This document shows positions 1-11,060 of a DNA stretch of 33,685 nucleotides, one piece after another. Under the pieces are notes generated by a model, which worked only from the letters and a program-made list of their open reading frames with translations, made no database searches and was not told the DNA's origin. Both the position numbers and the translations under genes were made by a program. The stretch's first letter is position 1. Each line of letters starts with the position of its first letter. This DNA is from Rotaria socialis (taxonomy: Eukaryota): positions 1 to 33,685 of the forward strand of contig CAJNYD010000474.1 in assembly GCA_905331295.1 (NCBI GenBank), read 5' to 3'.

Positions 1-480
1 AACATCCATAGAGAAAAAGCATAGTTCAAACAAATGTGCTACCCAAAGATTCTGCTCTTCCAAAAGTAAGACACGTACTTCATACGCTTTAATAGCATTG
101 CATAGAAACCAAATACTCTCTATCAACATTTTGTCCTACTATCAACTGCATACAGAACTACATCAAAAGGATCCACCCCCATTTACATTGGTCTACATCA
201 GAAAAGAACGCATTCAGCAGTAGTAAGTCCAAATATATGCCTTCGCTCGCGCTACATATATGTTCATATTACCAGTCGAGTCGATCATGTCCACCATCAA
301 TAATTCTTAAAACACCCGATTTCTTCTATGCGCTTCACTTCCAAGTTCGAAATTTCACTAGAAACCTAGATTTGGCTATCACCTCAAAACTGACTGATGC
401 GCAGGAAAAAACAATTCAATAACCATATTCGCAACCGAACCGTAATGTCACATTGTCTACATATGATGGATAGAAATTAT

Positions 481-1310
481 TTGAACAACTTCAAGTAACA
501 CTTTACTCAGCAATAATACTCACTCTGAAATGGAGTTGTCCAGTTTATGCCAATTTTAAATATCACAGCAAAAATGAATAGTTGCTACTAAAAACTCATT
601 CAGATTTATTTCAAACTTCGACATACATGTGTTCAGTTAGTGTTATTGTACAGCATCAGAGCATCAATGCATAATTCCTACCAAAAATCTATTTAGTTAT
701 GTACGTCACCTCTACATGGATGTGTTCAGTTCGTGTCAATATTGATCATCACCGGAGAAATGAATAATTTCCACCAAAAATCTATTCAGGTATGTAGTTC
801 ACATCGAAGTGGATGTGTTCAATTCGTGTTAATGTTGAACATCACAGCAGAAATGGATAATTTCTAGGAAAGATCTATTACACTATGCAGTTCACTTCGA
901 AATGGGCTATTTCAGTGCGTACTAATGCTGCATATCACAGCAGACATGAATAATTTCGATCAAAGGTACATTATAGATTGTAGTTCACTTCGAGATAAGT
1001 TGGTTCAGTGCGTAGTAATGTCTCATATGGCAGCAGAAATGAATAATTTCTATAAAAACTCTATTCAGGTATGTAGTTCTCGTCGAAGTGGATGTGTTCA
1101 ATTCATGCTAGTGTTGAACATCACGGTAGAAATGAATAATTTCCAGTAAAAATCTATTCCGCAATGTAGTTCAGATCGAACTGGACGCGTTCAGCTCGTG
1201 TTAATGTTGAACATCACAGCAGAAATGAATGTATTCTATAAAGAATCTATTCAGGTATGTACTTCACGTCGAAGTGGATGTGCCAGGTGCGCGTACATAG
1301 TGAGAATCAC
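481..1310 (+). repeat. Tandem array of ~9 copies of a 93-bp unit (consensus ATCACAGCAGAAATGAATAATTTCTACCAAAAATCTATTCAGGTATGTAGTTCACTTCGAAGTGGATGTGTTCAGTTCGTGTTAATGTTGAAC)
   Basis: Unit starts at 562, 655, 748, 841, 934, 1027, 1120, 1213 and 1306, an exact 93-bp period. A diverged unit begins near 481 and a partial remnant lies near 1405-1450. One frame of the consensus is open (ITAEMNNFYQKSIQVCSSLRSGCVQFVLMLN), but several copies contain stops. Confidence 0.95.
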
Positions 1311-2972
1311 TTGATATAAATATAATGTTGTAAAGTTGGATGGCAGATATGGTGTGCGGTAAATTCAAGGCGTAGAATTTGGATCTAATTTCAGCACCTG
1401 CTGGGAAAATGAATAATTCTAACCAAAAGTCAGTTCAAATTTGGTATGTTCCAGGAAATTAGTTTTGTTGTTTTGAGACGTATAAGTTTGATTACATGGA
1501 AAGGTGAAGATACCAATGCAGATTCTATTCGATTGCTGATTCCATTAACTGTTGAACTTAGTGAACTAGGATCATTAAGGATTACGACACGAGTGATGAA
1601 TAGTGTTCGTTGGTTCCGTTCCACTATTCAAGCGATTCTAAAGGCATATGCAGTTTTAAGGTGAATAAGGCCATTGGTGTGAAAAATGACTTGGTGTCGC
1701 AAAGCTTCTCAGCAAGTATTTCGTTTTGTGTGCAGTAAATATGAGTAAATGACACCTACTTGAGGACATTGGGTTAGAAATGAATGATATGTATCAAATT
1801 GAAGTCCTAATAATCAGTGGAATCTTTGACTAGCGATATGCACTTGAGTATGATGAAAAACTGCGTGTGAAACAAATGAGTTCAAGTAATGGTTTTTTCA
1901 GTTATATGACTTAGGTCTAAGTCTTAGTGTGTAGTTTGTCGAGTATAAAAAGTCATGTATTAGGGGAACTACTGTTATCAGCATCTCTTTCTTATATTTG
2001 GCTAGCGTAGAAGAGCAACTCGTCTGATTTTGAATACATTGGATGATTACAAGGTGTGGGATTAATTTTGATCAAAACTATATTCATTTACGCGGTTTAC
2101 TGTTTTTTTATCGCCTTGAATCTAACGATCTTATAGAAAACTATCTCTTTGCTGAATACTTCCAACCAGAACCCTTTTCAACTATCTTCCCTGTATCGTA
2201 TTGCCCTGAGTAGCACATCGCATTGGTTGAGATCGAATTACAAATGAATAAGTTGCAGTAGAGATCTGTTGAATAATTCGATGTAGCTCAACAAGTAATT
2301 AGGTTGTTAGGCCTAGAATCAAGGGTGGCGTTTAAGCTGAATGTGCTTTAGCATAGTTCATTTCCTATATTGTGAACACCTTTTTAAGAAGAATCAATCG
2401 TTCGAAGGAAAAAAAATCTTTGTGTAAGTGGGATTGAGATACAAAAATTGCATTCAAATACTTTCGTCATCGCCAAAAATAATCAAATCATTGCCGACAC
2501 TGACGATAATAATATGATAAGCCCATTTTTCAGAGCAGGTTGTTGTTGCAATATTTTGACCTTGGAAACTATGTGTGTACTTCTAATACCATCCTAGAAT
2601 GCTTGCTAGTTATATGAATAGTTCTTACCAGTGTGATGTTTGAATTTCTTATAGCTCCGAATACGAAGGTCTTCTGATTGAGTCATAGGTTATAGTAACA
2701 TAGAAAATCAACGAATACTAGTATTGTAATGTTCATCAATTTCACAAATGTGAGTGAAAGATTCATCATGACTCAAATGATCGCCGTTTTCGTTATTAAT
2801 GAGCATATATCAGTAATTCCATGTTCACGATTTATATGCCACTGGCGGAGAGGCACTATGCGCCACTAAACACCAACTGTCAACACCAAAAATACATAAG
2901 TTTGACAAAATTGTACGCCATAAATAGTCGTATTTTCCAGGCAGTTGTTAAACTTTTAATGTATGATTCAAG

Positions 2973-3215
2973 ATGACAACAAAAATGAATAATTTCTACC
3001 AAAAATCTATTCAGATATGTAGCTTATTTCCCAATGGATGTGTTCAGTTCGTGCTAATGTTGAACATCACAGCAGGAATGAATAATTTCTACCAAAAATC
3101 TATTCAGATATGTAGCTTATTTCCCAATGGATGTATTCAGTTCGTGCTAATGTTGAACATCACAGCAGGAATGAATAATTTCTACCAAGAATCTATTCAG
3201 GTATGTTGGTCACTT
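2973..3215 (+). repeat. Second array (~2.6 copies) of the same 93-bp unit
   Basis: Units start at 2973, 3066 and 3159; the first two are nearly identical. They read as the open 93-aa repeat ORF 2973-3254. Confidence 0.93.
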
Positions 3216-5129
3216 CTAAATCAACGGAACGGTTGTTTTCTCGGTATTTTATAACTGCGTAAAATCGAACACTTGTAACCTCTTCATTAAATTATTTGCT
3301 TTTTTTTAAATGATAGTTTGAAGTCAGTAAGATGACCTTCGTGTACATAAGTTTTGAACTACTTCAACAACGGCGCCATTTATTTGTTTCGTGAACTTTA
3401 GAGAACGATCGAGTTTTCTCATGAATGAGTACAGAGTGCGTAGGAAATGAATCATGATAAACAAAGTTTCGTTACACTATTTTATTGCCCATCAATACTT
3501 ACCCTTTTTGAAAGATGAATACGCACGACGTAGTAAATGAACCAGCATGACAAATGAGTTGTTCTACAACTGTGTGAGCACTATGAAATGGATTAGTTTA
3601 TTAATGACACATAAAGCTTCGATGCTACTGGATAAGACATACCAGTTGGAGGGCCTGCAATTGCAATCCCTCTTGTGGCCATGATAATAATAGCCATAAT
3701 ATTGTTTGAGTAAGCCATTCTCGCTCAAACTTGTATTCCAAACAAAAAAGGGTTAAGACCGTGAAATAAAAATTTCTGTGTATGTTTTATCAGTGATACA
3801 CGTACATTTTATATACTTTATCATAAAGAGAGAAACGAGAGAAAACGAGAGAAAAAAAATCATAGATACCTTTTTTCTCCGCACAAATTATTCAAGTGTG
3901 TCCACACGAAATATTGTATCAATTAAAAAATCGCTTAACATTTAGATGACTTCTTAAAAATTATGCTTAACCGTATGAAACAGCATTTTTTCTCGAAGCT
4001 GTGACACGATCAAAGCTTACTGTTTTCTTTCTAGTACCACAACTGTTAAACATCAGTACAAAACGATTATAAATTTATACGATTAATGCGCCTTTGCAAA
4101 AGAAATTTTATCCGTTGAAATTATATGACTATTACCTTTTCTTTTATCATCCTTACAATCACGCGATCGTCCGACCATAACAAGCCAGTAACGCAAAAAT
4201 AAATATTTTGTTGTTCACAACAGCATGTTATTTGACGTAGCTCAGATAGCTTCTTTTTTTGTTGATTGTACTTGACAGTAATTAGAAAATAGCAGACGTA
4301 ATCATTGCCCTAGCGAACGTACTCGTCCGGCAAGTACGACTTTGCAGCATGAGTACGCGATGAATTTCGTGCTTAACTATACTTTTCGTGTACTATGACG
4401 GGTACTCCAGTGAGTTTTTTCTCTAAGAATTATTCGTATACGAATATACGAATACTCGAGGTAGTACTCATCGTCATTTTTCAGCAGACATTTAACAAAA
4501 CATATATACACTAGGATGCATGAAAATAAAACAATATTGTGTAATTAAGAACAACTATATAATGAATCGAAAATTACGGAATAACTTTAATAGTGAATTG
4601 TCAATTTTATTCTCTATCTTTTGTGATGAGTCACTCATGTAGCTTAATCAATTGGCTATTTAAAGAATAGAAAAAAAACAAATTCATTTAATTTCAGCTA
4701 TTCATTTCTCGAGTAAGGCTAAGACCCCAGACACACCAAAAAATTTAAAACCGAATTAACCAATGAGATCGCTAGAAACGTTAAAGCAGAATTAAGTCAT
4801 CTTTTCGAGACGAATTAACGTTAATGCACCAATAAGAGATGATTTCGTTTCACCAATAGAAATAAAAATGTGGCGCCTTCTACATCTACGCTTTCTCGAG
4901 CGAGGCTTGTCTATTTGAAGAATGTCAGTCATGATATTTCTCGACGTCGAAATGAATATCGACTATTTCATATGTTTTCAGCCACCTTTTACACACACAA
5001 AAAACAAATTATATATATTATCTTTCATTTCAGAATGGCATCACAATATGTTGGCTTTGTTAAATCGTCTAACCAAGATTTTCTATGTAATATTTCTTCA
5101 CAAGTAGTGAGCTGCGTGATCGTTATTTT

Positions 5130-7967
5130 CAGGGTCGTGATCACGATCACGATCACGCGTGATCGTGCGTGATTAGAACTTTTTTTCCCGTGATCGTGTC
5201 GTGATCGTGATCGAAAATAAAACGCCGTGATTCACGATTGTAATATATACATTGAGATTCAAAGTCTCAAAAATTTATTTAAGAATATAATGTTCACATT
5301 TAAATCAGAAAAATATCTGATAGTTCACATTTACTGTTAGCAGAAAAAAGAAGAAAATACACTAGATAATTAAATACTAATATTTAAAAAAAAGCAAAAC
5401 TGAGAAAAAAAGTGAAGATACTACATCAATAAATAATTTATTGAACATCATCTTCACTTTCAATATTTACTAAATGTACGTTATCATTGTGATTATTGTT
5501 TATGATATCGTGTGGCTTTAATTTTTTCTGTGTTGGTTCACTATTTGAGATGATGCAATTATATTTTCGTTTAGGATCTTGATAAATATTTGTTTCATTC
5601 CAATTGGTACGATATTTTTCCTTCAACACGTCCATGTTTTTTTTGTAAGAACATCAGTTTGTTCAACTTTTCCCCACCTAATTTTGTTCGTTTGTCGGTG
5701 ATTGTATTTTTACAAGACGAGAATAATCGTTCCACTGATGTATTTGACGCATGTATTGCTAATACAACACGAGCAGTTGAAGCAATTAAAAGAAATTCAT
5801 GCCAATGATGTCTCCAGTATGAAAGTATATCATCATCTTCTTCATTTTCAAGCACCAACGTGGATGTAAGACATGCTTCTAATTCTGTTTCAATCGTACT
5901 TTTTGCTGTTACTTGTGATTGTTTGTCAAATATTTCCAATAACAATTTTTTTCGTATAGATAAAGAATTAGTACTCGAAATGGATGTTGTTGGTGAGCAT
6001 GATTTTGATGATGATGATGATGACAATGATATTACTGATGAATTTTTAGTAGTTGATAGATATGTAAGTGATAAATCTACTTGACGTTTTAATATTTCTT
6101 GTTTCAATAAAAATATTGCGCGTTGCTTTAAATGAGGAGACATGAAAATGATTTTAAATTTGGATGAACTAATGTAGCAGTTAGATGTTCATCGGACAAC
6201 TGCCATTTTTCATCTAATCATTTACCTAGAAATTGATAAAATGTCAGGAAATTTATATTTATCCTTTCTCAAATTTCATACCCAAAAGTGCCTTCAATTG
6301 TTTTAGACCTTCTTTATCATCATTATTAATATTGCATTTGTTGATTAAGAATTGTTTTAATGGTACTACACGATGAAGTGTTGGTCGTTTGCTGTCGCTT
6401 AGAGTGTGAATAGCAGTATCAAAAGGCAATAAAAATTCACATATATCGCGTAAAAGATCTTCATCGATTCTAGAGTAAGCTGTTAATAATTTTGAATCAA
6501 GAATTTTACCTAATTCATCATAAACATCTTGAAATACCACTAACATAGCATATGCGCCACTAAAGCGCGTATCTGAATATAAAACTAATTTTTTTGATAA
6601 ATTTCGCTGTTTATGCATTTGGCGAACACTTGAAACAATCTGTTTAACATCAACAAATAGTTCTTGAGCTAATTCACAACTAACATATTCTTCATCGATC
6701 GTTGGTGATGTAAATGCATGTTAAAGTTGTTTGTTGATGTAATGGTCGCTACATCCGATATGTTTACAATTGAGATTAAAGGTACACTTCATGGTGGGTT
6801 CATTATCACTCATTATAAGCTTTTCTTCATTTAATTTCAAGCCAAAATCATTGAGAATATCCTCAACAAATGATCGAATAGTTAATGCTCGTTTATTTTC
6901 CATTTCATATGGAAAACAACCAAGCAAAAATGATTGTGAATAGAATGTTGGGTCAATATGATTTAGTGATAAACCACAATATGATAAACCTTCGTAAGAA
7001 AACAGAAAGAAGAGAGTCTTTTTTTATGAAAGTGCTTCTCTTACCTGTATACGATTCTGTCCAGAAATCTACTGTTACACAAAAGCTATCCATCGATTGA
7101 CATAATTTGATTAGTTTTTCTTTATAGTAACCATACTTTCGATCAACATTTCTACTAATCAAATATACAAGAAATTCTCTTAAACATTTATCGCATTATA
7201 TACAATAAAAATTACTTACTGTTGTTGGATCGGGTAACAAATCTTCAATTTCTATATTTGTTGTTGATGACAAAATGCTACCAGTATCAAATAGTTGTTT
7301 TGCTAAACGAACAAAGCCAGAACCTTCTAATAATTTAAATGATTGGCTATCTTGAGCTACGAATTCGACGCATGAGGACGTAATAGCATCTTTTATTCGT
7401 TTTGGTATCTGGTTTTGATCATTTGATGGTGACCTATAGTAATGATTCATTTTTCGTTGTTTACTTGATAGATCATATTCTTTTCTTCTTAATTGGCAAG
7501 AACGTGAATGAGCAAGCATACAACCAGATCATGTTGATGATTTATAAACTAATATTGATTTACAATCATCACAAATGACAAAATTTTGTTTAATATTGGC
7601 GACATAAATTTGGCTAAAATGAGACCAACATTTGGATATTCTCGTGGTTTCTTTTGGTTTTTCATATGATATCGATGTATTGTTTTGTTGAATAAGTCGC
7701 TCAATATTTTTTTTATTTTGTTGAACGAGATTAGTAGTTGTAACACACATTCTAAAAATGAAGGTAAATAAAATTTGTTTTATATTTTCAAAGAATTCTC
7801 GCGAGCGCGAGAATAAATAGAAGAGAACAAGCGACTTTTATATTGTTGATTCTATTCACTTTGACTGTATCCAATGAAAGATATCAGACAGATGGCACCA
7901 TCGAATGATGACAAAAAAATTCTTCGCTCCCAGTACTATGTAAAATTCGTGATCGTGATCATGATCA
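5130..7967 (-). mobile_element. Decayed hAT-superfamily DNA transposon
   Basis: End CAGGGTCGTGATCACGATCACGATCACG at 5130 with subterminal CGTGAT repeats. A complementary but truncated CGTGATCGTGATCATGATCA lies at 7948-7967. Internal transposase pseudogene; no intact TSD pair. Confidence 0.88.
5438..7750 (-). pseudogene. hAT transposase pseudogene (BED zinc finger, RNase H-like DDE core, C-terminal dimerization domain)
   Basis: CWSHF..C-DDC..H-SRSC BED finger, VTVDFWT (D1), MSDNEPTM (D2), CSDHYIN (CxxH), DTRF and ASNTSVERLFS (E). Short introns (e.g. ~6991-7044), an in-frame stop at 6721 and several frameshifts. Confidence 0.92.
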
Positions 7968-8478
7968 ATCTGTGTGTGCTCTACACGAAATGAAGTTTCT
8001 TCTCATTACCATTGATGTTGAATTTTCATTTCTTCTATTATTATGGTTCAGTACAATTGTCCAAATTCACGAATTCGATAAAAACTAAAAAGCTATTTTA
8101 CTTTAATTTGTAGTATTAGACTTATAGGAATACGACCAGTGTGTATCAATATGCATTTAATCAACCGAATATTCTGTCGTCTTTTTTAATTAACTGAGCA
8201 TATGTGTGTGCATATTGATATAAAAGAGAACGAATAATATTAAATAAATGATCAACACTAGGCAATGTTTTGATTATTAACACATTTTAAACAATAAATA
8301 ATAAAACTTTGATTTGAAAACAAAATTACAGAATAAAAAATTTGAATTTACCTTTCAAAGCGAAACTATTGTTCCTTCTTTCTTTTGAAATATGTCCTAA
8401 ATAGACACTCATTATATTTTACTAATGGGATTTTGATACACAATAAAATCTCATTTTATTTCTAAATCATATTTTTAG

Positions 8479-9205
8479 TGGCATTGCTGTCAGGTGCTCG
8501 AAATGCGAAGAATGTTTATTTATCACAAAGTATTTACGATCGAATGAAAAAACTTTTTCTTGAAAAAAAGGATCCATTAATTTCAGCTGCAGTTCTTCTT
8601 GCTAATACTTATGCGTCATCCGGTGAAATTGACAAAGCATCAGATATTAGATAGGAAATTTACAAATCAGATACCAAGAAAAAAGTCGGTCTCACGTAGA
8701 TTACAGTCGATGGACAACTCTATGTAAGTCAACAGTTATCCTATTTATCTTCTGCACAGATAATATGAAATGGTTTTTATAGACATTTCGAGCCCATGAT
8801 CGATCACATCCTCGATCAAATGAAATCTATGCGGAAGGTGAAAAAATATCAAATGAAATTATTAAATATGGTCATCAATATGATTGAAGTTGAATCACAC
8901 GCATATTGGATGAAGATTAAACCGTTGAGTCAGTTCTTTGTGGGTACAGTGAAAAACTTGCCATTGCATGGGGTTTCGTTGCAAATCCTAACGCATCCAA
9001 GCTGCAAATGGTAAAAAATCTTCGTATTTGTGGTGATTGTCGTATGTGATGATTTCAATAGTTTTAATTTAATTTAAAATTTTCTCTTTCATAGATCGTT
9101 CTACAAAACTGATAGCTGCTTTTCGTCAATGTAAAATGATCGTTCGTGATGCAAATCTTATCCATCACTTCTATAAAAATGGAGTGCTCGTGTAGTGACT
9201 ATTTC
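8479..9205 (+). pseudogene. DYW-type PPR protein C-terminal part (E/E+/DYW cytidine-deaminase domain), 3 exons: 8479-8723, 8783-9041, 9095-9205
   Basis: Spliced translation: ALLSGARN...AAVLLANTYASSG...KKKVGLT*ITVDGQLY|TFRAHDRSHP...LCGYSEKLAIAWG...KNLRICGDC|HRSTKLIA...IVRDANLIHHF..CSCSDYF. Intron phases are consistent. It has 5 in-frame stops, HSE changed to YSE and a 2-nt deletion near the end. Confidence 0.93.
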
Positions 9206-9287
9206 CAAAAGAAAAGAAAATAGCTTTTTCTTTTTTTTGTTATATTAGTTTTATATCGAAATAAACTTGAAAAAGAGCAATGGTTTC

Positions 9288-9660
9288 TTTTTGTGTACTC
9301 AAAAAGTCAGTACACTCTAGATTCGGTCAGTGTGTCCGGTCGTCCGTCCATCGGTCCATTAACACGGCAACTCTTGAAAGCCTCATCCAATTGTCGTGAA
9401 ATTTTGTACACAGAATGATTTCATCAATATCTCAGTCGAGTTCGAAGATGAGAAGGATCCGTCAAGAAATGGCTGAGCTATCGAAAAAATTGTCATAATT
9501 GACTAGACCATCCCTGAGGGTGGGGGTCAGGGTTTTTTTTCTCAGAATTATTTACAATATATATAAATCGACTCGACTTTTGAAGTAAACATAATAATCG
9601 GATGCAAATCCGATGTTTCCGCATTTATTCTTATAGAAGTCACTCAAAATTGAATGTGTA
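9288..9660 (+). mobile_element. DINE-1/HINE-like (non-autonomous Helentron) fragment
   Basis: T-run, then GTGTACT(9293)...AGTACAC(9309) short inverted repeat, CTAGATTCG and GTCC-type microsatellite (GTCCGGTCGTCCGTCC). This is the DINE-1 5' architecture. The 3' end was not found, so the end coordinate is approximate. Confidence 0.6.
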
Positions 9661-10189
9661 GGTCAAAGGAGAACGCCATAATCAAATAGATGCCTCTCTA
9701 TCCATGAACATAAACTACAGAAACATCATCGTTCAAGAGAATATCGGATAGAAACATTTGTACAAAAATGATATCACTATTGCCCCATAACAGGCTCAAA
9801 ATGTGTGTCAGTAATTGTTATTGTGAGTGTGAGTGTCTAAATATTAGAAACTGGTTAAATAATTGTTTGGTTCGTTATTTCATTCACTAATCTTAATGTT
9901 AATCATAATATTCAAATATATATTCATCCAACGATTTCATACGACAGTTATAATAACTATCAAACTTGAGTTTCTCATCAGACAAAGACCAGATGTACAA
10001 CTGTTCAATAACATAACATAACATTCTTTCTTTTATTTGTTACACACGTGTATGTGTGTGTATTAAAATTTCGCAACAAGATAGAATATTAAAATCAAGA
10101 AAAACTTCTATAGGTTAAACGAGGTAAGACAGATTTCGATTGATTGAAGCTTAGTCGTTATATAAAAAACTAAATAGTTCAAGAAAGAT

Positions 10190-10361
10190 AAACTTTGAGA
10201 GTCAAAGTTAAAGTAAAATACTTTAAAACTTTAACTTTAATAGAAATACTGTAAAAATGAAAAATAATTTTTAGCTCTTTATGTGTAATTTTGAGGTTTT
10301 TAGAGTAACTTTATACTTTAATAAACAGAGTTTAAAGTTTAAAGTTAAAGTGCCACCCTTA
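10190..10361. mobile_element. Truncated hAT-like MITE end
   Basis: AAAGTT/AACTTT subterminal repeats ending in GTGCCACCCTTA (reverse complement TAAGGGTGGCAC, like TAGGG-type hAT TIRs). The other end was not seen. Confidence 0.4.
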
Positions 10362-10620
10362 GTTTCTAGTAGATATATATTATATCGATTGATCACATTC
10401 AATAATTATATATTCATGAAAACTTTCATGATCAGTTATTGCTGTTTCCCATTTATTTGCTCATAATGATTGACAAGACGATCATGCTAAAATTTATTGA
10501 TAGAGTGGATGGAAGTATACTGGTGACAGAAGAAAAAATATGCATCCACACCCTCAAAACAATATCGTTTAATGAGTATCTATTGTTCTAGTTTAATAAT
10601 GTAAAAAAAAATTGAATTAG

Positions 10621-11060
10621 CAAACGAAAATGACATGCTACAATGGATTCAAGATTCTCCACTCTATGTTGGTATTGATGCAGTTCAATTCGACTTTCAA
10701 ATGTATACAACTGGTATATTCCCTTTTATTCAATCGTAGTATTAGATATGCGATATATTGTTTTTAAATCAATTAGGTATGTATAGTGACACGACTTGTT
10801 CGAAAACAAATGTTGATCATGTGGTAAAATATTGAATCGCCATTCCGATATTCAGCGATTATATCTTAACTCTACGTTCTGGTCCAACTTGGGGCGAGCA
10901 AGACTATATTCGTATCGAACGTGGCACAAATACATGTGATATTGCTGAATATGTTTCGCAAGTTGAATTTAAAAAGAATAATGGTACGCGATTATTCCTG
11001 GTCAATCATATCTGTTTAACAGTTTTCTGTTTTATTTTACATTTGTTTTCAAATTTTTAA
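10621..11060 (+). pseudogene. Papain-family (C1A, cathepsin L-like) cysteine protease C-terminal fragment
   Basis: Exon 10621-10713 reads NENDMLQWIQDSPLYVGIDAVQFDFQMYTTG. From 10777 it reads MYSDTTCSKTNVDHVV (catalytic His), then GPTWGEQDYIRIERGTNTCDIA..., stop at 11058-11060. The GYG...NSWG segment and the N-terminal catalytic Cys half are missing. Confidence 0.8.

Noticed and set aside
385..412. Hammerhead ribozyme core (CTGATG...GAAA)
   Set aside because: The core is non-canonical (CTGATGC) and no supporting stems are visible; the other CTGATGA hits I checked also lack them.
481..1310. CRISPR-like array
   Set aside because: Units are contiguous homologous repeats with no unique spacers, there are no cas genes, and the context is eukaryotic.
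3330..3760. Minus-strand exon-like pieces with GT-AG borders
   Set aside because: They contain stops and I could not recognise any family; possibly a decayed gene, but unsupported.
4300..4900. GAGTAC-rich patch and TAA-GGCTAAGACCCCAGACACACC (Harbinger-like end)
   Set aside because: No partner TIR or TSD was found in the window.
8670..9205. Rescue of the DYW gene stops by RNA editing
   Set aside because: Stops of different kinds, loss of the zinc-ligand His, a frameshift and missing 5' exons cannot all be repaired by editing.
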